A stretch of 64,000 nucleotides of DNA from the human T2T-CHM13v2.0 reference genome, Homo sapiens. Shown piece by piece: positions 1 through 24,601 of the stretch (its first letter is position 1; every line of letters starts with the position of its first letter). A model generated the notes under the pieces. It did not search any database and had not been told where the DNA came from. It saw only the letters and a list, made by a program, of their open reading frames with translations. Location: assembly GCF_009914755.1 (NCBI RefSeq), contig NC_060947.1; one strand, written 5' to 3'. Both the position numbers and the translations under genes were made by a program.

Positions 1-902
1 TGTAATTGAAGATGAAGTAGGGGTGTGAAAGGAGAGGGCAGTTTGAACTAACATTTAGATGTCTAAATTACTGACCAGATTTAAAATATGGAAGTCTATT
101 ACTTTCAAGAGGATGTAAAAACTTTCATTAAGTTCACAAAGCTCTTTTTTATCAATCAAAATAAGTTGTGTCTGTCAGGTGCTACCTCTTCATTGTGAAG
201 CCTTCTCTGATATCCCCCAGTCAGAAAGAAACATTTCTTTTTTTATTCTTTCACAGTGTATACCTATCCTCTATTAAGTACTTATGACATTCTATAGTAT
301 GGTACTGGAAAGTATTGACACTTGTGTCTCACTCACTAGATTGTAAATCCACTCTGTAGACTCTCTGGGTCAAGCAAAGTACCTTGTGAATATTGAGTAT
401 TAATTAGCAGATGTTAAATTGAATCAATTGGTAGAAATAAATCAGCTGATGCATGTTTACAAGAATAGACAATCAAGAGAATTAAGTGAGCAAGTTAATT
501 CTATGTAACGATCCCAGCAGCTTTTAACATGGTCAAGGATGCCTAAAAACAGCTTATTCTCTTAGCTTTTATCTGTTCCATTCTGTACACCTCTGCCAAT
601 CTTGTTCATATAATAAATTTTCAGTATGAAGAGAAAGTTTGTCAAGAAAAGATACACTTTTCCAGAACCTCTGTCCATAATCATAAGTTTTGAATGAGCT
701 CAAATTGAAGATTACACTATATAATGTAGATAGTCTCAGAATAAGCCATGTAATAACTAATATTTCCCTCATATGCTCTCAAGAAATGTAGAGTGCTTTG
801 AAAACCTGTAGCTATTTCTTTAATGTTTAATGCTTTTTTTATGGTTTCCTAAGACACAGTTAGTTTCAATAACCGTATTGATTTTATAATAATACTAATA
901 AC

Positions 903-985
903 ACCACACAGATTCACAGCCGAATTCTACTAGATGTTCAAAGAAGATCTAGTATCATTCCTACTGAAACTATTCTAAAAAGTTG
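903..985 (+). mobile_element. Isolated ~80 bp internal L1 ORF2 fragment, no poly(A)
   Basis: gattcacagccgaattctactagatgttcaaagaagatctagtatcattcctactgaaactatt resembles the ORF2 segment [20 protein letters not shown]. Confidence 0.7.
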
Positions 986-989
986 CTTT

Positions 990-4500
<3,511 letters not shown>

Positions 4501-4864
4501 CTGTTCCTTCCCATTTTTTTGAATTGTTACATAGTATTCTACAAAGAAGATAGTCTATTATTTATTTAGCTAGTTTTATATTCATGAACATTTAAGTTGT
4601 TGCCAATCTTTTACTTTTTCAACCAGAGCTATCATAAGCACCTTTGTACCTTTCTCACTGTGTACATGCATATGTTTTTCTTCTGAAAAGATGTCCATAA
4701 ATGGAATTTCTGCATTGAAAACTTGTGCATTTTTCCTTGCAATAGGTACTTTCAAAATGCCCTTCACTAAAATTGTACTAACTTACACTGTCATCAATAG
4801 CCAATGATAGTACCAGTTTTTTAAAGTGAGGCAATATTGAGTTTGTTAACTTGTGTATAGGCAG

Positions 4865-5197
4865 TGATATGGTTTGGCTTTGTCCCCACCCTAATCTCAT
4901 CTTGAATTGTAGCTCCCATAATTCCCATGTGTTGTGGGAGGGACCCAGTAGGAGATAATTGAATCATGGAACAGTTTCCTCCATACTGTTCTCAGGGTAG
5001 TGAATAAGTCTCATAAGATCTGATGGATTTATAAGGACAAACCCCTTTCACTTGGCCCTCATTCTTTCTTGCCTGCTGCCATGTAAGATGTGCCTTTTGC
5101 CTTCCACCATGATTGTGAAGCCTCCCCAACCACATGGAACTCTGGGTCCATTAAACCTATTTTTTCTTTATAAATTTCTTAGTCTCAGGTATGTACC
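4865..5197 (+). mobile_element. THE1 (THE1C-like) MaLR solo LTR
   Basis: Starts tgatatggtttggc..tcatcttgaattgtagctcccataattccc; contains ccatgattgtga..ccattaaacct. Confidence 0.9.
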
Positions 5198-5352
5198 TCT
5201 CAGAAGTACTGAAATTTAGTTTCTCTGTATCTCCACTGCTGAAATTCCTAGGCTTGAAGAAATGAGAATGAACACAGTCCTAAAAAAAAGTAAAATTTTA
5301 CTCTTATGTAAATAATATTGTAGAGTTCATATATGAGAACCTTTTTAAATTT

Positions 5353-5636
5353 GCTCATGCCTATAATTGCAACACTTTGGAAGACTGAGGCGAGTGGATC
5401 AATTGTGGTCAGGAGTTTGAGAGCCAGGCTAACATGGTGAAACTATGTCTCTACTAAAGATACAAAAATTAGCCAAGCATAGTGGTGAATGCCAGTAATC
5501 CCAGTTACTTGGCAGGCTGAGGCAGGAGAATACCTTGAACATGGCAGAGGTTGCAGTGAGCTGAAATCGCGCCACTGCCCTTTGGCCTGAGTGACAGAGT
5601 GAGACTCTGGCTCGATAAATAAATAAATAAATAAAA
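5353..5636 (+). mobile_element. Diverged AluS with (TAAA)n tail
   Basis: gctcatgcctataat..ggtcaggagtttgag..gacagagtgagactc followed by (taaa)n. Confidence 0.9.
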
Positions 5637-6349
5637 ATTTGTCTGTATTGTTTTACTCAGTGTGGTAAAGTTCTATAGGTTTTGACAAATGCATAAGGTC
5701 ATCTATCTACCATTATAGTACAATACAGAAGAGTTTCACCACCCTAAACATACTTTATTCTTCATTATTTATCACTCACTCCTGGCAATCACTATTTTTT
5801 TCCCCAGACAAGGGAGTACAGTTTTGAACTTCTGGGCTCACCAAACCTCTCACCTTGTTTTCCCAAAGTGCTGGATTACTTTTAGCTTGTTGTTATATAT
5901 TTTCAGTTTTATAAAAAAGTTGCATAAATTGTTTAAAAATCCCATATGACCCTTAACCCCTATCTTCCAAATGTGAGCATTTTACCATCTTTATTATTAA
6001 TTCTCCACTCCTCCACATACACATACATCTTTCTTTTGAAATATGTGAAACTTGTAGACATGAGTTTTTTCCCCTAAATCCTCCAGTGAATATTTCCTGA
6101 AAACAAGGGTATTCTAAGAGAACTATTGTTTAAATGACTTATAGCATTTAATAAATTACATAGCAGTTAAAACAAATGAAATAGATCTGTGTGTGGTGGC
6201 TTTCATGGCCAACTGCAAAAAAAAATTGTAAAATAGTATTATACCATTTTTTAAAATCATGATTTACAAAAAAACGTTTATTTTTCTGGAGAACAGAATT
6301 ATGAATGATTTTTACTTTTTACAAAATCTATGTCTGAAACTGTTGAATT

Positions 6350-11105
<4,756 letters not shown>

Positions 11106-11959
11106 GAAACTGTTGAATTCTTATAACAAACATGTATTGCCTTTTTAATAAAGTGAAACAATAATAAAATTTGAAAATATTTCTTTGATAAAAATGACAA
11201 TACTGTTTTTCCACAAATTGTTTTCACTAATTGGAAATAAGCATACTCTTTTCAATAAAGGAAGCTGAAAAACATTTACTAAAAAGCATTTTATTATAAG
11301 TTGTTTCTAGATACTTTACTCTTGATGATTGTAATTAAATTTTACTTTATTTTATAATTATAGTTGCTTCTTTATTTAGACTAACATTTCCCCAATTAGT
11401 ATAGGTAAAGAAGTTTGGGTCATACAATGTGCCTTCTATCATCACCAAGCTATTTCTCTAACATTATCTTATTACACTGACAATTTTTACATATTGAGAA
11501 AGCTTAAGCACAAAATAAAGTTTTGATTGAGAACTAATGTAGACCTGAAAACAACTTCCAGAAGATGGGCTGATAACAACTACTACTACTAACATTTATA
11601 TATTACTCTTTTAGTTTACTAAATAGACAAACAAGCAAACTAAGGCTTGGAGAGATTGAATTACTATTAAAGGGGGGATCAGATACCTAAGGTTTTATTA
11701 CTATGTAAACTCTTTTCAACTTGACAGAGGAAGGTGGAGAGACTTCTTGGTGGTAGAAAGCAGCACCTGGCATTTTCCTGGCTCCACTCAGTTCTTATTG
11801 GTAGAAGATGACTAGCTTCTGCTGTTGCTGCTGTGTCTCTGCCACTCTAGAGAGAGGCACCAGGGCATGAAAAGAGCTTGTAGATCTTTAGAGTCAGCAG
11901 GATGGTACTGCTGTTTCCCAGTAGTGTGTTATAGTGATGAGCTATACAGGCTCCTAGGC

Positions 11960-12960
11960 AAAATCTCAAAAACATTTTATTTGGAACTTGACAGATTCTG
12001 AAAATTTATGTGGAAGAATAAAGACCTAAGAATGTCTTAGGCAATTCTGAGAAAAGAACAAGGAGAAGGGATCTTGTCCTAGCTAATATACAAAAACTTA
12101 TAATGAAGTTCTGGCAATTGAAATATTGTGATATTATCATAGACATACCCAAATAAATCAGTGGAATGAAAAAGAGAGACTAGAAGCAGATCCACACATA
12201 TATAAGAACATACAATATGGGAGAGGTGTTGTTATATAAATAAGTGTACAAAAATTGTTTCAAGATAATTGACTATTCTTGCAGGCAAAAGATAATTAAA
12301 TAATATGCACAAACATACATTTCGGATAGATTGAATATTTGAGTCCATTTATTAATTTATTTAACACATACGTATTATGTACCTACATGTGCCATAAACT
12401 GTTCTAGGTACTGAGGAATTAGTGAAATAAACAAAGTCACCAGCTTAATAAAGTTTGAAGAAGACAGACAAAAAATACGACAAGTAAATTTAATATATAT
12501 AAAATGATATGGAAAACAAAGCTATAAAGGGATTAGTGAGTACCAGAGTGAAGGTGGGAGCATATTAAACAGTGTTCCTAGCATCATTGTCAATAACAGT
12601 GACAAACTAGGACCAATCTAACTCTTCATCAATAGGGGAATATAGTAGTAGTGATATCGCCAATCAACAGAATACTACACAGCAGGTAAAAGTGAATGAA
12701 CTCTAACTCTTTGTATCAACGGATGTAAAACATTGAATTAAAAAGCAAGTATTAATAGAACAATGTTTACAGCATAATATCATTCATGTAATTTTAACAA
12801 CAAAACAATTCTACATGCTACATTTGAATATATAACTATCTATAAATTATAGAAACATTGCGTGAAAGGATACATATTAAATCCAGGATAATGTCCACTT
12901 CTATGGAGTGAGTTATTCAAGAACGAGAATGGAGATGGAAAAAAAGACTTTTATAATAAT
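11960..12960. mobile_element. Ancient L1M fragments (+) with an L2 fragment (-) at about 12340-12560
   Basis: Degenerate ORF2 3' sequence (aaaatttatgtggaagaataaagacctaagaat); L2-like catttattaatttatttaacacatacgtattatgtacctacatgtgcc. Confidence 0.55.
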
Positions 12961-12994
12961 GTCCACTTTTATTTACAAACAAAAAGACAGTCTC

Positions 12995-13345
12995 TTGAGT
13001 CAAACCAAGGTTCAAGTTCAGATTTGTACTTTACAGCTCTCTAATCTTACACAATTTACTAATGTTCCTATGCTTTGTTCCCTCATTTGTAAAATAGGGA
13101 TATTGATAATACATATCTCTGAACCATATTGAGGTGATTAAAAGAAACACTGATTTTAAAACATCCCGCATGATAAACTGTGTGCATTTTAATTATTTAT
13201 TATAATTACCTTCGGCAAATTCCTGAGACACAGATTCACAAACTGTAAATGAGGGATGATGACACCACACAGATTGTTATGAGAATTAGATGACATAAAG
13301 GATGTAAATTGCCTTATAAACTTTATACATGTTCTAGCAATGTTA
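12995..13345 (+). mobile_element. Two MIR fragments
   Basis: MIR core motifs ctcatttgtaaaataggga and ctgtaaatgagggatgat..gttatgagaattagatga. Confidence 0.6.
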
Positions 13346-14510
13346 TTATTATTATTACATGATTGACATAACTTCTGTCTCAAGTATAGCCCTGATTTTA
13401 TCTTCAAGGTCTAATGCAGACAAATCTGATGCAATTATTAAGACAGAACTACTGACAAATCTCTGAAACAAATGTGACTGTTCTTTGAAGGCAGATGTAA
13501 TAGGGTGTCTAAACAATAGATTGAGTCTGGTTCATGTAACTTTGGAAATAGCCACTCATCTACTGAACCAGTAAAGTAAATGACTTATGCTAGGAGTAGG
13601 AAAAAGCTGATGTCATTCATTTCGCTACCACTATAAAACAAGATGTAATAGAACAACCTCTTGATGGTATTGGTTAAATTTTTATATTTGGGGAAAGTGA
13701 AATGGTCCTTCTCAATGTGATTTCATATGGCAAATGTCTCTTTGTATTCTGTTAACTAAAATGTAAGAACACAGAGATCTTCTACTTTAGTATTATGATT
13801 ATTACCCTTCCTAAAATCAATAAACACTTTGTGACCAACGGATTGATGACCGTGAGTGGGGGATATTATTAATTACACAAGAATCCAATACTTCACTCTC
13901 TTCCTCTGTCTTTGTGATCTCACGAAATCTTAAACTTTAATTGTATCCTGTTGAGATCCCAGGCAGAGCATAAAAAGAACAGGTAATATCTAACTGTAGA
14001 ATGATATCTTCATAAGCTAAAATGAAACAGAAAACACTACAGAATTGCCTAATACTAAGAGTCATTACTTACAGCAACAATGAAACCCCAGTCCCTTTTG
14101 GAAATATGACACTCCTCCTGAGATTCTTAGCATTCTGCTTCACTTGCTTATTCAGATCATTTTTTAGAATGAAGAGTCTATGAGAATGAATAAGTGCCTG
14201 CCTCTGTAAATGGGGCCAGTATTTTAGCCACTCAGGACACTGGTTTAGCAGAGGCTGGATACTCAACTAAAGCTGGAAGCCTGTAGGAAAGAGGCTATAG
14301 ATTCAGAGCATTTTATTTTTAGAAGAGTTAAGAGCAGAAGTAGGGGAGAGAATAGAACTTTGGAATAGAAAGGGTGTGTCATCTCAAAGCAATACTAAAG
14401 GGATGAATGAGGAATGGCAGAAAAGTGATGAAAGAGGAGGTTAAAACTGAGACTTTGAGATAATGAAAGCCCTTTTTAGAAGGAAAGTAGTAAAGTTTAA
14501 AAAAAATCTG

Positions 14511-15160
<650 letters not shown>

Positions 15161-15210
15161 TCACTCAATTTTGTTTATATTTTATTAGCTCCAAATTTTC
15201 TGATGGTGAC

Positions 15211-15638
15211 TGATATGATTTGGATGTCCCGCCCAAATTTTATGTTAAATTGTAATCCCCAGTGTTGGAGGTGGGGCTTGGTAGGAGGTGTTTGGATCCT
15301 GGGAACAGATCCCCTGTGAATGACTTGGGCTGTTCCTTGGTGATAAATCAGCCCTAGCTCTGAATTCTCACAAGATCTGGTCATTTTAAAGTGTGTGGCA
15401 CCTTCCCTCCACTCTCTCTCCATCTCTCTCTCTCATTCCTGTTCTCACCATGTAATGTGCCTGCCCCACACCCCTTTGCCTTGCATCACGGTTGGAAGCT
15501 TCTTGAGGCATTCTCAGAAGCAGATGCCACTATGTTTCCTGTAGATTCTGCAGAACTGTGAGCCAATTAAGCCTCTTTACTTACAAATTAGTCAGTCTTA
15601 GGTATTTCTTTATAGCAATGCAAGAACAACCTTATATA
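15211..15638 (+). mobile_element. MST (MSTB-like) MaLR solo LTR
   Basis: tgatatgatttggatgtc..tgtaatccccagtgttggaggtgggg..ggtatttctttatagcaatgcaagaac; 5 bp TSD gtgac/atgac. Confidence 0.9.
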
Positions 15639-15914
15639 ATGACCCCGAGTTATTTATAAATTTCAGAAATAAGCAAACTGATTATCTGTATATATACATA
15701 TACATATTGTTGCCACAAGTGGAAGTTACCAGTAGAGAAATTATGAGTCAATAACAAATTTCCAATAACATGTGAGAGACTCAAATAAAAAGCATACATC
15801 TGACAATAATGTGTTACAGAATTTAGAGGGTTTCAAAAAGCCATTCAACAGCCTTGAAGAGTTAGAAGACATGAAGTCCTCGAATTAAGAGCAAAACATC
15901 ACAGAGAGAGACAG

Positions 15915-16040
15915 CTAAACTAAGTCCTAGCTCTTCCCCTTTGTAACTTTGTCACCTTGGGCAAATCACTTATTTTTTCTGGGTTTCAGTTTCCTGATTT
16001 GTAAAATGAGTGGATTTGATCCTACTGCTCTTCAAGTCTT
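15915..16040 (+). mobile_element. MIR fragment
   Basis: ccttgggcaaatcactta..tttcagtttcctgatttgtaaaatgag. Confidence 0.65.
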
Positions 16041-16083
16041 ACATGTACCCTAGAACTTAAAGTATAATTAAAAAAAGAGAAAA
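16041..16083 (+). mobile_element. Extremely truncated L1PA 3' terminus
   Basis: acatgtaccctagaacttaaagtataat plus A-tail. Confidence 0.8.
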
Positions 16084-17094
16084 TAAACATATTCATTCAA
16101 TGCACAATGAAAAAAAAAGAAGAACAAAAAGAGGCTTTGAGATCAATCAGATACAAGATCACTTTTTGTATTTCTAATCTCATAAGATTTAAAAATGGCC
16201 ATGGCTTAAATAGACTAATTTATACACTGAATGCATTTGAGCCCCTGCCATAGGGTAAATCCTAACCATCCTGGAAGTGGTGAAAATGAACAAAGAGCTA
16301 AGCATATAAAATCCATTCAGCCAATGGAAGCTGCTATTGTTATTACGATTTACTTCTTTCTTTCTATTAACTCCTACATACAGGTTTTAATCAAAATTAA
16401 GAAAGTACTTTCTAAAACTTAGAAATTTTCATTTGGGGAGTGAGCTTCTTGTCAACCCGCACAAAGTGTGAGCTTCTTGTCATCAAGACATAGAAGTCAA
16501 AGGAGACCCTTACATTGGGTTGAGGTTATAAATTAAAAGACCAATAATGTACTTTTGACTTAATAAGCCGTTAACATTTTGAAAATCAAGTTTAGCTACA
16601 TCATCGCTCTTTCCCTTTCCAGTAATCAAAATGAATACTTTCTAGCTCTTGTATAGAACTGATTGGGGAACACGGAAGGAAACCACCTTAGATCTGCATA
16701 TGCTGCAGGACGTGAATACTCAGTTGTGTTCCTCATTGTCTTAAAATTTATTTTGTCAGATTGTAAAATGGCAGTGAGAGCAAGATAATATGTGAGAGAT
16801 TGAGCAAACTAACTCAAAAGGTAGAATTCAAAAAAATGTTGACATGAAACATCATATCACCTTAATGTTATTCCTTTGAAGTGATCATATTCTTAAACTA
16901 TTGCTTTTTCAGCTGCCTCTCTCGTTTTTTGTCACCCTTGTTTAATATTAATCTAATATCTACAATGTGCTAAGCTCTGAATAAAAGTATGAAAAAGCTA
17001 GAGCTCTGTGTTAAAAAACAAGATGGGCAAAAATAGGCCAGCCATTTGTTAAGTATGGCGTGGGATAAGATTCACATCCATTTTGAATGTCTAT

Positions 17095-17222
17095 TGTCTT
17101 ATAAAGTGGCACAAATACTATTACCTAACTCACAGGGCTACTATGAGAATGAAGTAAGATAATGAGTATGAAACACTTAGCAGCTTCTGACACATAGGGC
17201 TTGGTAAAAGTGAGCCATTAAT
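17095..17222 (+). mobile_element. MIR 3' fragment
   Basis: acctaactcacagggctactatgagaatgaagtaagataatg..cacttagcagc..gacacatag. Confidence 0.6.
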
Positions 17223-17223
17223 G

Positions 17224-21851
<4,628 letters not shown>

Positions 21852-21904
21852 TATATTTTCACATATACCCCATAATTTGTGCAGATAAAAAAAATTAATG
21901 GCTT

Positions 21905-23300
21905 GTGATCCAAGATGGTCAAATAGGAAGAGCTCTGGTCTGCAGCTCCCAGTGTGACTCACACAGAAGACGGATGATTTCTGCATTTGCAACTGAGGTA
22001 ACTGGTTCATCTCATTGTGAATGGTTAGACAGTGTGTGCAGTCCATGGAGTGCAAGCCGAAGCAGGGCAGGATGTCACCTCACTTGGAAAGTGCAAGGGG
22101 TCAGTGGATTTCCCTTTCCTAGCCAAGGAAAGCCATGACACACTGTTCCTGGAAAAAGGGGACACTCCTGTCCAAATACTGTGGTTTTCCCAGTGTCTTA
22201 GCAACTGGCATACAAGGAGATTCTCTCCTGTCCCTGGATCTGCAGGTCCCATGCCCTTGGAGCCTTGCTCACTGCTAGAGCAGCAGTCTGAGATCAAACT
22301 GTGAGGTAGCAGCCTGGCTGGGGGAGGGGCATCCGCTATTGGTAAGGCTTGAGTTGATAAACAAAGCAGCTGGGAAGCTCAAATTGAGCTCTGAGAATGG
22401 ACAGACTGCCTCCTCAAGTGGGTCCCTGACCCCCGTGTAGCCTAACTGGGAGGCACCTCCCAGTAGGGGCCAACAGAAACCTCATACCAGCAGGTGCCCC
22501 TCTGGGAAGAAGCTTCCAGAGGAAAGATCAGGCAGCAATATTTGCTGTTCTGCAATATTTGCTGTTCTGTAGCCTCCGCTGGTGATACCCAGGAAAACAG
22601 GGTCTAAGGTGGAACTCCAGCAAACTCCAACAGATCTGCAGCTAAGGGACCTGACTGTTAGAAGGAAAACTAAAAAACAGAGAGGAATAACATCAACATC
22701 AACAAAAAAGACAACCACATCCACACCAAAACCCCATCTATAATTCACCATCATCAAAGACCAAAGTTAGATAAAACCACAAAGATGAGGAGAAACCAGA
22801 GCAGAAAAGCTGAAAATTCTAAAAATCAGAGTGACTCTTTCCCTCAAAAGGATTGCAGCTCCTCACCAACAATGGAACAAAGCTGGACAGAGAATCACTT
22901 TGACAAGTTGACAGAAGTAAGCTTCAGAAGGTCAGTAATAACAAACTTCTCTGAGCTAAAGGAGCATGTTCTAACCCATCCCAAGGAAGTTAAAAACCTT
23001 GAAAAAAGATTAGACGAAAGGCTAACTAGAATAAACAGTGTACAGAAGACCTCAAATGACCTGATGGAGCTGAAAACCATGGCACGAGAACTTCATGATG
23101 CATGCACAAGCTTCAATAGCTGACTCGATCAAGTGGAAGAAAGGGTATCAGTGATTGAAGATCAAATTAATAAAATAAAGTGAGAAGAAAAGTTTAGAGA
23201 AAAAAGAGTAAAAAGGAATGAACAAAGCCACCAAGAAATATGGGACTATGTGAAAGGAACAAATCTACGTTTCATTGGTGTACCTGAAAGTCATGGGGAG
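21905..23300 (+). mobile_element. Inverted 5'UTR and 5' half of ORF1 of the same L1PA6-like element
   Basis: ccaagatggtcaaataggaagagctc 5' end; ORF1 start MRRNQSRKAENSKNQ at 22785; breaks at ..cctgaaagtcatggggag; ~165 bp 5'UTR deletion near 22385. Confidence 0.93.
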
Positions 23301-23401
23301 TCAAGTCAGGGTATCTAGGCTGTCCATTACCTGCATACAATGTTATTAACTAGTCACTCTACTCTGCTATCAGACATCAAATTTGTTCCTTCTATATAAC
23401 T

Positions 23402-24601
23402 GAAATTCTGGGTTGAAAATTAAACATTTAAAGATGTTCTTTGAAACCAGTGAGAACAAAGACACAACGTACCAGAATCTCTGGAACACATTTAAAGCAG
23501 TGTGTAGAGGGAAATTTATAGCACTAAATGACCACAAGAGAAAGCAGGAAAGATCTTTATTTCTGCCTTCATTTCTTCATTTACCCAGTAGTCATTCAGG
23601 AGCAGGTTGTTCAGTTTCCATGTAGTTGTGTGGTTTTGAGTGAGTTTCTTAATCCTGGTTTTAATTTGATTGCACTGTGGTCTGAGAGGCAGTTTGTTGT
23701 GATTTTTGTTCATTCACGTTTTCTGAGGAGTGCTTTACTTCCAATTATGTGGTCAATTTTAGAATAAGTGCATGATGGTGCTGAGAAGAATGTATATTAT
23801 GTTGATTTGGGGTGGAGAGTTCTGTAGATGTCTATTAGGTCTGCTTGGTCCAGAGCTGAGTTCAAGTCCTGGATATCCTTGTTAACCTTCTGTCTCGTTG
23901 ATCTGTCTAATGTTGTCAGTGAGGTGTTAAAGTCTCCCATTTTTATTGTGTGGGAGTCTAAGTCTCTTTGAAGGTCTCTAAGGACTGCTTTATGAATCTG
24001 GGTGCTCCTGTATTGGGTGCATATATATTTAGGATACTTAGCTCTTCTTGTTGCATTGATCCCTTTACCATTATGTAATGGCCTTCTTTGTCTCTTTTGA
24101 TCTTTGTTGGTTTAAAGTCTGTTTTATCAGAGACTAGGATTGCAACCCCTGCTTCTTTTTGCTTTCCATTTGCTTGGTAAATCCTCCTCCATCCCTTTAT
24201 TTTGAGCTTATGTGTGTCTCTGCACATGAGATGTGTCTCCTGAATACAGCACACTGATGGGTCTTGACTCTTTATCCAATTTGCCAGTCTATGTCTTTTA
24301 ATTAGGGCATTTAGGCCATTAACATTTAAGGTTAATACTGTTATGTGTGAATTTGATCCTGTCATTATTATGTTAGCTGGTTATTTTGCCCATTGATTGA
24401 TGCAGTTTTTTTTCATAGCATCTATGGTCTTTAAAATTTGGCATGTTTTTGCAGTGGCTGGTACCGGTTGTTCCTTTCCATGTTTAGTGTCTCCTTCAGG
24501 AGCTCTTGTAAGTCAGGCCTGGTGGTGACAGAATCTCTCAGCATTTGCTTGTCTGTAAAGGATTTTATTTCTCCTTCACGTATGAAACTTAGTTTGGCTG
24601 G
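23402..24601 (-). mobile_element. Tail-less, internally rearranged L1PA fragment (ORF1 end to ORF2 EN domain)
   Basis: Antisense 23553-24601, a sense piece at 23427-23555 and a ~20 bp antisense piece at 23402-23421; no poly(A) and no TSD. Confidence 0.9.

Noticed and set aside
21852-23300. Ordinary twin-priming 5' inversion
   Set aside because: The inverted block includes the TSD and about 40 bp of flanking L1MA, which twin priming does not produce.
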